Assembly (NCBI GenBank): GCA_963750995.1
Contig: CAVVST010000005.1
Span: 438,199-502,198 of the forward strand
DNA: 64,000 nt
Direction: 5' to 3'
Source: an uncultured Acidobacteriota bacterium
GTDB taxonomy: Bacteria > Acidobacteriota > Vicinamibacteria > Vicinamibacterales > UBA2999
Below, one piece after another: positions 11,842-21,969 of the stretch; position 1 is the first letter of the stretch, and each line of letters begins with the position of its first letter. The notes under the pieces were generated by a model, which was not told the origin of the DNA, did no database searches, and saw only the letters and a list, made by a program, of their open reading frames with translations. The position numbers and the translations under genes are program-made.

Positions 11842-11870
11842 TTGACCATGGCATGCGCGGTCCCTATCAT
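11842..11870 (+). promoter_or_regulatory. Sigma70 promoter for the receptor at 11908
   Basis: TTGACC, 17-nt spacer, TATCAT, ending 37 nt before the ATG. Confidence 0.6.
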
Positions 11871-11907
11871 GGCGCCACCGCGTCACTTCGGGCCTCTGGA
11901 GAGTACC

Positions 11908-14900
11908 ATGTCAAGACTGAAGACCGGGGGTGTAATCCTAGGTTTCCTTCTCGTTCTGCCTTCGCTTGCCTACGCTCAGGCGTCGATTGCCGGTGTCGTC
12001 CGCGACGCATCCGGAGCGGTGCTGCCGGGCGTCACCGTCGAGGCCACGAGTCCGGCGCTGATCGAAAAGGTTCGGACGTGGTCACCGATGGCGCCGGACA
12101 GTACCGATCGAAAACCTCAGACCAGGCGAATATGACGTGACCTTCACCCTGCCCGGATTCAGTACCTCCGGCGCGAAGGCATCGAGCTCAGCGGACGTTC
12201 GTCGACCACATCAACGCCGACATGCGCGTCGGGGCGCTCGAGGAAACGGTGACCGTCACCGGCGCGTCCCCGGTGGTCGACGTCCAGAGCGCCAACCGTG
12301 AACGCGTGCTCACAGCGGAAGCGATCAACAACGCACCGATCAATCGCGTCCCGTCGATGATGGCGGCCATGATCCCGGGCGTCAACAACAGCGTCGTGGA
12401 CGTCGGCGGCAACCGCGGCAGCCCCGTCGTCGGCGGTGGCGGCCTCTCGGTGCACGGCAGCCGTACGACCGACCTCGAGATGCTCCGCAATGGCGTGTCG
12501 CTCTCCACCATCGAGACCGGGTCGAATACGCAGGGCGTGCCGAACATGGCGGTGTTCGCCGAGATGGCCGTCGAGACCGCGACGGTGTCGACCGAGGAGC
12601 GCGGGTCGGGCGTGCGCATGAACTTCATTCCGCGCGAAGGCGGCAACAACTTCAGCGGCCTGCTCATCGGCTCGTTCACCAACCAATCGCTGGCGGGCGA
12701 CAATTTCTCGGACGAGCTCCGGGACCGCGGCCTGGACACACCGAACAACCTGAAGAGGAGCATCGAGCTGAACCCCGCCTTCGGCGGACCGATCCGACGC
12801 GACCGGGTCTGGTTCTTCGGCACCGGGCTCTACAACATGACGCAGAACTGGGTTGCCGGGATGTTCGTCAACCGGAGAAGGGTTCAACCCGACGTCGTTC
12901 GCGTACGATCCGGATCCGAACCAGCCGGCCTTCACCGATATCGAGACCCGCAATTTCGCGGGGCGCGTGACGTGGCAGGTGAACCCGGTACACAAGCTCG
13001 CCTTCGCCTACGAGAACACTACACGTGTCAGTGTCCGACGACGACGACGGCGATCCTCGCGGAGGAATCAGGGTTGCCGCAGCGCTACTGGCCGAACGGC
13101 GGCTGGAGCGCAGAGTGGACGGCGCCGCTCACCTCGCGGCTGCTGCTCGAAGGCGTGGCCTACCACCGTTTCATTAATACCCGCCGCCTCCATCCCTCCG
13201 GGTTGCCGGACGTCGGCGACAGCCTCGACGAGGTCATCGCCAACAACCGTGCCGCCATCGCGAACAATCTGATCGGCGTCCAGGATCAGGCGCTGGGCAT
13301 CACCCATCACGCGAACACGGCCTCGGCCATGCGCAACCAGAGCCATGACACGCCGTTCCGGGCGACCATGTCGTACGTGACGGGCGCGCATACCTTCAAG
13401 GTCGGCTTCTCCGACAATATCGGCAGAAGCAGAATTTCATCATGAACTTCGACGCGCCGTAAGCTTCCGCTTCAACAACGGCGTGCCGAATCAGATCACG
13501 ATGAACGCGACGCCGTTCGTCCAGCTCGCCAACCTCGATCACGATCTCGGCGCATACGTGCAGGATCGGTGGACGATCACGCGCGCCACGCTCTCGTACG
13601 GCTGCGCTACGAGCGCTGGGCGAGCTCGTTCCCGGAGCAGCCCATCGGTCCAGGAGTGCTCGCGCCCGATCGCAACTTCACGTTGCCGGCAACCGAAGGT
13701 GTCTCGTGGCATGACATCTCGCCGCGCGCTGGCATCGCCTACGACCTGTTCGGCACCGGCAAGACCGCGTTGAAGGCGTCCGTCGGCCGATACGTCACCG
13801 GCCAGGCGCTGCGCGGCAGCGGTGAGACGGTGGTCTTCGGCGACGGGCTCAATCCGGCACAGCGCGTCGTGATCAACGCCAACCGCTCCTGGAACGACGC
13901 CAACCGGAATTTCGAACCGGATTGCAACCTGCTGAACTTCGCCGCCAACGGCGAGTGCGGCCCGCTGAGCAACAGCGCCTTCGGCAGCCTACGTGCCGCC
14001 AACACCTACGACGAGGACGTCCTGAGCGGGTGGGGGAAGCGCATGTATAGCTGGCAGTTTTCCGCCAGCGTGCAGCAGGAGCTGATGGAGCGTATGTCGG
14101 TCGAGCTCAGCGTCTTCCGCCGCACCTACGGCAACTTCGTCGTCACCGACGACCGCGCGCGTTCCGCGTCGGACTTCGACGAGTTCAGCATCACCGCCCC
14201 GAGCGATTCGAGGCTGCCCGGCGGCGGCGGTAACACGATCGGCGGACTCTATAACGTGCGGCCCGCGATCTTCAGCGTGCCGGCGGACAACTTCATCAGG
14301 CATGCCGAGAACTACCGGCGACCGGTACCGAGCACTGGAACGGGTTCGATCTGATCTTCACCGCGCGGCCGCGAGCGGGCTGGCGGTGCAGGGCGGAATG
14401 AGCACCGGCCGCACCACGATCGACAACTGCGAGGTGGCGCGGCAGCTGCCGGAACTCCTCACCAATGTCCCGGTGCTGGGCGGAGCCAAGCAGCGCCCAG
14501 TTCCCCCTGCAGTCCTGCCACCAGCAGTCGCCATTCCTGACGCAGCTCAAGTTCCTCGGGTCGTACACGATCCCGAGGATCGACGTACTGGTCAGCGCCG
14601 CGCTGCAGAGCGTGCCTGGTCCGCAGGTGATCGGCAACTTCGTGGCGAACAACGCCGTCGTGTCGCCGTCACTCGGCCGCCCGCTCGCAGGCAACGCGGC
14701 CAACGTCACCGTGAACCTGGTAGAGCCGGGCGCCATGTACGGCGATCGGCGGAATCAGTTCGACCTGCGGCTCGGGAAGGTGCTTCGGTTCGGCGGCCGG
14801 CAGACGAAGCTGAACGTCGACCTGAACAACGTGTTCAATGCGAACGCGGTGTTGAAGAGAATCCGAGCTACGCGGTGTTCCGGCAGCCGGCGGGGATTCT

Positions 14901-14942
14901 CCCGGCGCGGTGGTACGACTCGGCGTGCAGATCGATTTCTGA
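11908..14942 (+). CDS. TonB-dependent receptor; multiply frameshifted
   Basis: [69 protein letters not shown]; C-terminus GVQIDF (terminal Phe). Confidence 0.88.
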
Positions 14943-15060
14943 TTGAAAGGCGGGTGGTGCGCCCTTCGGCGTGGCGAACGCGCTGTCGTCGATTGACACG
15001 TGGTCGGTGACGAGCAGCACAGTCTAACGCGATCGCTCGTCGTAGTGCTGCATGCTCGAA

Positions 15061-15247
15061 CCGTGGGTCTTCCATCGGATGGTCGCCGTGAGCCGCGGCG
15101 GGAAGAAGAAACGCAGCCGATCGTCGCGTTTACGATCGCCTGGAAAGCGGCCACCGTACGCGCTCCGTCTTTGAGCGGTACAACATCGTGTCGAACACCG
15201 ACCTGAAGGACGCCGCTCGAAAGCTCGACACTGGCGGCATCAGTTAG
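15061..15247 (+). pseudogene. C-terminal remnant of a tyrosine integrase
   Basis: Broken frames read PWVFHRMVA...QPIVAFTIAWKAA then GHRTRSVFERYNIVSNTDLKDAARKLD* (box II GH plus catalytic Tyr). The HxxR segment between them is missing. Confidence 0.75.
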
Positions 15248-15259
15248 GCTCGAGGTGCT

Positions 15260-15290
15260 CTGTAGGACTCGAGGCGAGTCCTACAGTTTC
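15260..15290 (+). terminator. Perfect 12-bp hairpin after the integrase remnant
   Basis: CTGTAGGACTCG-AGG-CGAGTCCTACAG followed by TTTC. Confidence 0.45.
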
Positions 15291-15498
15291 ACTACGATCC
15301 GGTTGTCGGGGCCATCCGCCGCCAGAGTCGTATTTCATTTTGCCCGGTGTTTGCGCTTGGTCCCAAGCTCCAGGAGTCGTTTAGCTCACGCGACGGCGAC
15401 GTGCTTTATCCGGACTTCTGCGGTGGGCTCCCCTTTGGGCTGAGCGCATGCGGTCTGATGGCATGCCGGTCGGGATCGAGGCTACGCCGATTCCGAGA

Positions 15499-18187
15499 CT
15501 ACGCTGACGGTTCAGGACGGAAGCATGTTGGTCGAGCTTCCATGCGCCCCCTCGCCCAGTTCACGGCGACGGTGATCGGTGCGCCGGTTCCGTCGTCCGT
15601 TATCTGATTGACGAGAAACCGCTGACCGTCAGGGGCGACGGCATATGGTGCTTGTTTGCCGCAGGCGTGATGCCGCCAGCAATCTGCGAGTCGAACAACG
15701 GGATCGCGCCCCCAGACGTCAACATCTGTCCATCAGAGGCGAGGCTGATGGGCACACTCATCATCCTCCCGTCGGGTGCGAGGTAATACAGTTCCTTGCC
15801 GTCGCGCCGCCATCGCGGCTGAACGCCGCCTTCCGTCGAGAGTTGTCCGATTCCGGTCGATTCAGGGAAACGCTGGGCGTAGATTTCGAAACGTCGCAAA
15901 CTGATTTGAGGCAAATACAACCCAACGCCCATCAGGTGAGAATTGCCCGTGCACCTCCTCGAAGTCGGTACCAGAGACCTCGACGGGTGTGCCTGAATAC
16001 GTCCATGGGAGCGTCCCCGTGTCGCCGTCCCGTGCGAAGGTCGGTTGTGTAGTAGAGGACGAACTTGCCGTCTGGTGACCAATCGAGCGGCATTTTGACG
16101 GCATCGTCGTGCAGCAGCAGTCTTTCGGATTCGGATCCGCTGGCCGCCTTTTCATAGAGATCGAAGACGCCCGCCGGCCGGGAGCGGAACAAGACACGGC
16201 CGCCATCAGGCGACCAGAGCGGCACGGACTCCGCGCTGCCGAGGAACGTCAGGCGGGTCGCGATCGCGGATGCCGTGTCGACGATCCAGATATCAATGTT
16301 GCCGTTGATCGTTCGATCGAATGCGACACGGTTTCCGTCCGGCGACAACTCGATGTTCCCCAGAGAACTGGAGTCGGCGGCGCCAAGTGTGCTCAAGCGC
16401 CTGCCTGTCCGATCCACCCATGCCAGCTGCCGTTGGCCCGTCGCCGCGCCTGTCCGGTACACCAGCACGCCGGTTGACGAACCGGAGAAGGCGCCAACGT
16501 AGGCGCTGGCGTTGACGGCCAGGCTGTCAGCCACGGTAAACGACTCGCCGGAGAGCGCAAGGGTCCGGAGGTCAAAACGCTGCGCGACTAGTGTCGCCTG
16601 GCGCGCGAACAGCAGAAAACCAGGCGGGGAATAGATGCCCGTCGTGTCGGAAGGCGTCAGGCGCTTTACGCTGGTCGTGCCGAGTTCTCCAACGTACACA
16701 CCACGCTGATCCGGGGCCGCGATCCGGAAGTACAGGAAATGCCGGCCGTCAGGCAGAAACTGCGGGAATCGATCGTTTTGACCTGGCATGACGGTGGTCA
16801 CTGCCTCGAGTGCCCCGCCGGTCGCTGGCACGCGATAGAGGGGCCCGCTGGTGACTCGGCGCGACGAGAATCACACCGTCTGTGTTCCACGACCCTCCGC
16901 GCGCCACTGGTGTCGCCGCCAGGGTTTGTACCAGTTCCATCTGCAAATCGACGCGCTTCAGCTTCTGATCGGCAAAGAATCCAATCGACTGCCCATCGGG
17001 CGACCAGAACGGATACACCGCATCCTCAGTTCCTCCAAGCGCTCTGGCGACGACAGCGTTCAGCGGCCGGATCCAGACCTGTGTGACGCCCTTTACACGG
17101 GCTGCGAACGCCAGCCGCTGTCCATCCGGCGAGATCGCGATCATCGTGGGGTCGTCTGTTGGCGGCGTGCTAGCTTCAAGCCGCATTTCGCTGCTGCCGC
17201 CTGGATCAGCTGTTCCTCGTGCCACCCACACAGTCGTCAACGCTACGACGACCAGGGCGACAATCGCTGCCGCCGCAACAGCTGCCGCCATCCGCCATGG
17301 CCGTCGCGGCTGTGCCGCTATCGCGGCGCCGGCGGGCGTTTCCCAGATCCAGCGGAGTTCCCGCATGACGTCGCCGGCGCTCTGCCAGCGCTCTTGAGGG
17401 TCCTTGGCAAAGCATCGTTGGATGACATGGTCGAGAAGCGGCGGCACCGAAGGCTGCAGCGCCGAGGGGGGCGACGGCATGTCTTTGAGAATCGATCCAA
17501 TCAGCCCCGCATGGCTGCTTCCCTTGAACGCCTTCCTCCCCGTCAGCATCTCGTACAGAACGGCGCCCAACGCGAAGATGTCGGTCCGCGTATCCGCCTC
17601 TTGACCTTCGAGCTGTTCCGGCGCCATGTATTGAAACGTCCCGAGGATCGTTCCCTGCGCTGTGGGATTCGGCGGCGTCGTCGGCAGCATCGACAGCCGG
17701 CCCGCGATGGCCGGCGCGCTGATCTTGGCTAATCCGAAATCAAGCAGCTTCGCGCCCGATTTGGCCAGCATAATGTTGCCGGGCTTGAGATCGCGATGAA
17801 CGATGCCAGCGACGTGGGCGGCCGACAGAGCACCGGCTATCTGAATTCCGATTTGGAGCGCCTCGCCGAGTGGTAACGAACCCCTCGTCAGTCGCTCCTC
17901 CAGCGTCTCTCCATCGAGGTACTCCATGACGAGGAAGTCGCTGCATCCTGCTGCCCGATGTCGTAGAGCGTGCAGATATGCGGATGGTTCAGAGAAGCGA
18001 CGGTGCGCGCCTCGCGCTCCAAGCGTTCGCGAAGGTCTGGGACAGAGGCGATTTCGGAAGACAGAATCTTGACGGCGACGGTGCGGTGCAGGCGGGTATC
18101 GGTCGCACGATACACCTCGCCCATCCCTCCCGTGCCAAGGGCGGCGACAATCTCGTAGTGGCCGAGCCGGGTGCCGGACACAAGCAT
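15499..18187 (-). CDS. Ser/Thr protein kinase with TM helix and TolB-like beta-propeller; frameshifted
   Basis: LGTGGMGEVY, VAVKIL, HRDLKPGN, DFGLAK, YMAPE, DIFALG; a hydrophobic helix; repeated [WFIL]SPDG motifs. Confidence 0.9.
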
Positions 18188-18990
18188 GGACGCGAGACCT
18201 ACGACCGCCCTTTGTGGGGTGGCATCAATCGAGTTGTCGTTGGAGACTGCGCCGGATTATAGTCCGCGACCGGAGAATTCCGCTCACCGTGGACAAACGT
18301 GGGCAAGGAGCGTCGCTATGGGCCGACTTCCGTCAACGAGGTCACACTTCAGCTTCGCTATGGAATGCGCTCGGCGTCAGCGGCCACCAGAATTAACGTC
18401 GTCTGCGCCAGTCGTCTCTATGTCGTTGATCCACTGAAAGTCGATCATTCGGGAACGTATTCGAGTGCCTGCTCGGTCTCAGACTCGAACTCCAGCGGAG
18501 CAACTCTGACCATCCAACGCGGTCGTTGGACCTGACCTTTCGATAGATTTGTCCCGATCAGACCTGGCGGCTCGGAGACGCATCGCCGCTTCGTCAAGGT
18601 AGATGTGCCGGAACACTTCGGAGGCTGCTCGTCAACGATGGCTACTGTGGAACCTTGTTTGGTTTGAAGTTGAGAGCTCGATTCCGCCGCGGACGGTAGA
18701 GAAACTTAACGCTGCAAGTTGCCGGTGATTACGCTAACACCGGTCGAAAAATTCGCGGACTAGCCGGAATCAAAGCCGCTCATGACAATCCCCTTAGTGG
18801 AGGCAACGATTCCACCTGATGGGAAGGGAGTGAGGTTCCAGAACCTCCACCTGCCTCGTGAAGACCACAGCATGTGGCGATTATTTGCGTCATTTGCGCA
18901 GCGACAAGAGGCGACTTGGGACCGCTTGGGACCAGAACTCGCGTCGGCCGAGCCCGAGAGTGCCGCCAGGAGTATTCGATTTCGGAAAAA

Positions 18991-19034
18991 TGGAGGCGCC
19001 GTCCGGATTTGAACCGGAGATGGAGGTTTTGCAG
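18991..19034 (-). repeat. 3' half of tRNA-Cys(GCA), att-site-like copy 2
   Basis: 44 nt identical to 1803-1846, same orientation; no 5' half. Confidence 0.9.
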
Positions 19035-19174
19035 ACAGGGCTGGATTGTCTATCTTGCTGATTCGTCCTGCTTTCTGGTCGGCCTTGTTACTCCACTTTC
19101 CCTGGTGTTGGAGTGCTAACGTTCCCAAATTGTTCCCACGTTCTGAGGTCAGGCCGTTCGACAGCGGCTTTGGC

Positions 19175-20599
19175 TCAACGACGCTGATACCAGAAGAGAC
19201 GATCGCCGAAGGCAGGAGGCATCCCGTCACTCGATGGCTGAGAGCGCCAGTACGTGACCTCATTCGACCCGGCCAGGTGTAGTGCCGGCCCGCCGGTGTC
19301 TGGCATCGCCGTGTTCGAGAGGAAAAACCCGCCGGGCCGCAGCATCGACGCAACGTTGGCCAGGGCGAGCGCCTGGTCGAACACGTCGTAGTAGACGAAC
19401 ACGTTGGTGGCCAGGATCAGATCGAACCCGTCGCCGTCGAGACGGTCGGTAACGATATTGAGGTCGGATACGGTCACTCGCTGCACGAGATCGGGACGGA
19501 CGCGAATGGCCCTGAGCTCCGCACTGGCCGCAACCGATCGAGGTGCGTCGACCGAAACACTCGCGCCGATCTGATCGCCGAACTGGCGCCAATAGCTGTG
19601 GAACGGCGGCAACCACTCGCGCTGTTTCGCCAGCGGGAGATAGAGCGTATAACCTTCGCCCTTCGCGGCACGCTCGGTCGCGCGGATCACGTGATCGATG
19701 ACGCGGGGGCTGATATCCAGCACGACAACATCGGTATTGGTGGTGCCGAGCTGCAGACGCCGAAGCGAATCCACGACCGCGAACGGCTGCAGGCTCTGTT
19801 GGGGATAGAAATCAAACCCGGAGTCCTTGTCGCTGAAGTCGAGTCCCGGTCCCACGATCGCCACGCGCCTGACCGCGCCGCTTCGCAGCAGGTCTCCCGC
19901 CTTCAGCGCCGCCAGCGCCTGTTCGATCGCGAAGTTCGGGGCGAGCGACGTGTCGAGCGACAGGCCGCGGGTGCGAAACACCCGCGCAGCCGTTTCGAGC
20001 TGTCGCGCCGGTTCCGGCGCCGTACGCGCGGCGTCGAGCTCGCGATCGATCCCGTTCTGTTCGTTCGCGACCCGCACGACACTGTCGATCAGGTACTGAA
20101 GCACCGCGGCGCGACCGGCGTCGCTGTCGAACGACAGCTGACGCGCTTCGAAGAGGCGCCTCGCAAACAGGATCCGCTCGTCGCGGCTCGGCGCCGCCAG
20201 CGCCCGGACGAGATCCTGCGCGCGCGCCCGCATCAGCGTCGCGACGCGCCGCGCCTCCGCATCCTGATCCTGGCGCGTGGCAGACACCGCCGGCGGCTGA
20301 GAAGTGAATGAGCTGCCAAACAGCATCCAGTTGATAATGGTGTCTTCGTCACCTCGAGCAAGACGCGCCCGGATCTCACGATCGTGGCCGGCAATCCATG
20401 CAGACCACCGTTGATCGCGCGCCGGGCCGGTCGCCGCACCGAGTTCGACCGGAGCAAGGGCGGCATGCGCGTCGATCACCGCCTGGAGTTCCGCGTACCG
20501 CGCGTGCCTGGCCTGCGGCCCGTCGGCGCCGCCGGCCGCGCCGGCAAGCACAACGAACGCGAGGCATGCGACCTTGACCGAGGTTTTACCCCTAGGCAT
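19175..20599 (-). CDS. Class I SAM-dependent methyltransferase-fold protein with signal peptide
   Basis: RVAIVGPGLD, VVLDISP, DLNI, FDLILATNVFVY, MLRPGGFFL; N-terminal KVACLAFVVLAGAAG. Confidence 0.7.
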   Translation of the reverse strand: MPRGKTSVKVACLAFVVLAGAAGGADGPQARHARYAELQAVIDAHAALAPVELGAATGPARDQRWSAWIAGHDREIRARLARGDEDTIINWMLFGSSFTSQPPAVSATRQDQDAEARRVATLMRARAQDLVRALAAPSRDERILFARRLFEARQLSFDSDAGRAAVLQYLIDSVVRVANEQNGIDRELDAARTAPEPARQLETAARVFRTRGLSLDTSLAPNFAIEQALAALKAGDLLRSGAVRRVAIVGPGLDFSDKDSGFDFYPQQSLQPFAVVDSLRRLQLGTTNTDVVVLDISPRVIDHVIRATERAAKGEGYTLYLPLAKQREWLPPFHSYWRQFGDQIGASVSVDAPRSVAASAELRAIRVRPDLVQRVTVSDLNIVTDRLDGDGFDLILATNVFVYYDVFDQALALANVASMLRPGGFFLSNTAMPDTGGPALHLAGSNEVTYWRSQPSSDGMPPAFGDRLFWYQRR

Positions 20600-20622
20600 A
20601 ATCACCGCACTTCGAGGCACTG

Positions 20623-21054
20623 ATGAAACACGGACGAATGACACTTTGCTCTTTTTCGCTGGCCGCGGTGTTTCTCATCGCCGGGCGGCCGGTGCTCTCT
20701 CACCATGGGTCGGCGGTCTCGTACGATACACGGCTCAGCGTCGCCATCTCCATGACGGGGACGGTCACCGAAGTGCGCTGGCGCAATCCGCACGTCTTCA
20801 TCATGTACGAAGTCAAGGACGACAAGGGCGGCACGGTACTGTGGTCGGCCGAGACCTCGTCGCCGACCTCGATGATTGGCGAACACGGGTGGACCCGCCG
20901 CACCGTCAACCCGGGCGACGTGCTGACGATGACCGTGCTGCCGTCGAGAGCGGGAACGCCGGCCGGCCTTCTATATAAGGTCGTGGCCGCGGACGGCAAG
21001 GTTCTCCTGCAGGACGAATCGCGCTTGAGAAACGGGCGCGAGGCAGACAAGTAA
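20623..21054 (+). CDS. DUF6152-like secreted protein
   Basis: Signal ending VLS, then HHGSAVSYD; GTVTEV, NPHV, WSAE. Confidence 0.82.
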   Translation: MKHGRMTLCSFSLAAVFLIAGRPVLSHHGSAVSYDTRLSVAISMTGTVTEVRWRNPHVFIMYEVKDDKGGTVLWSAETSSPTSMIGEHGWTRRTVNPGDVLTMTVLPSRAGTPAGLLYKVVAADGKVLLQDESRLRNGREADK

Positions 21055-21057
21055 GGA

Positions 21058-21922
21058 GTGCATCCCGTGCGACTTCGCATCATCCCGATCGCCGCGCTCA
21101 CAGCGACCATTGCGCTTGGTATGGTTGCCCGCGTCAGCGTGCAGAGCACGCCCGCGGCGAAGCCGACGGAGCGTACCTTCGCGAACACATGGCTGCCGGT
21201 ACCCCGCGGTCAAACGACAGAGCAGGCGGCAGCAGCGGCCGCAACCGTCAAAGGACGCGCATTCAATCCGCGCGATCTGTCGGGCGTGTGGGGCGTCCGT
21301 GGCGGTGGGGTCGGCCTTAGCAATCCAACCCCGCCGATGACGCCATGGGGCCAGGCCAGGTACGACGCGGCAAAGCCGGGGATGGGCCCCAGGGCTGTGC
21401 CGCTCGGTAACGACCCGATGCTGATGTGCGACCCGATCGGGATGCCGCGTTGGCTTGGCTACAATTACGGCACCGAAATCATCCAGCTGCCCGATCGCGT
21501 CGTCCAGACCATCGAGCTGTACCACACCTTCCGCACGATCTGGACCGATGGACGCGTCCTCCCCACTCTGGACGACGACGCGGAGCCGAGGTTCCTCGGG
21601 TATTCCGTGGGCCGCTGGGAAGGCGATACCTTCATCGTCCAGTCATCCGGATTCGACGACCGCAGCTGGCTCGACACTGAGGGACATCCTCACAGCGACG
21701 AGATGCGGGTCGAGGAGCGATATCAGCGCGCCAGCTTCGACACGCTGAAACTCGACCTACACCATCGACGACCCGAAGACCTATACCAAGCCCTGGGTCA
21801 GCAGCGGAACGATCAGGCTTGCGGCCGGCACCGAGATTGGCGAGTATTTCTGCGTGCCCTCGCAGGAAGAAGAGTACCGAAGGCTGGTCAGGGCGCCGGC
21901 TGGCGGCCAGCCGCGACGCTAG
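21058..21922 (+). CDS. Secreted two-Cys family protein (DUF6152 partner); frameshift near 21758
   Basis: RDLSGVW, DPMLMCDPIGMPR, GRWEGDTFIV, HPHSDEMRVEERY; shifted frame gives DDPKTYTKPW...EYFCVP. Confidence 0.82.
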
Positions 21923-21969
21923 CCGAGAGCGATATCCATCCGTCATTCATCTGAGAAGTGGGTACCCGC

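Noticed and set aside
14985-15000. A shared TGTC...GACA operator across the window (also near 1533, 54421, 60587)
   Set aside because: Spacing differs between sites and most TGTCAA hits are explained as -35 boxes. I could not establish a consistent motif by eye.
2328-18187. Dense frameshifts read as mass pseudogenisation or programmed frameshifting
   Set aside because: They are single-base indels with motifs intact on both sides, and they occur in every gene class including the transposase. Long-read consensus error is the simpler explanation; raw reads are needed to decide.
18200-18900. Small ORFs or an ncRNA between the kinase and att copy 2
   Set aside because: No recognisable motif, RBS or convincing structure; probably decayed island sequence.
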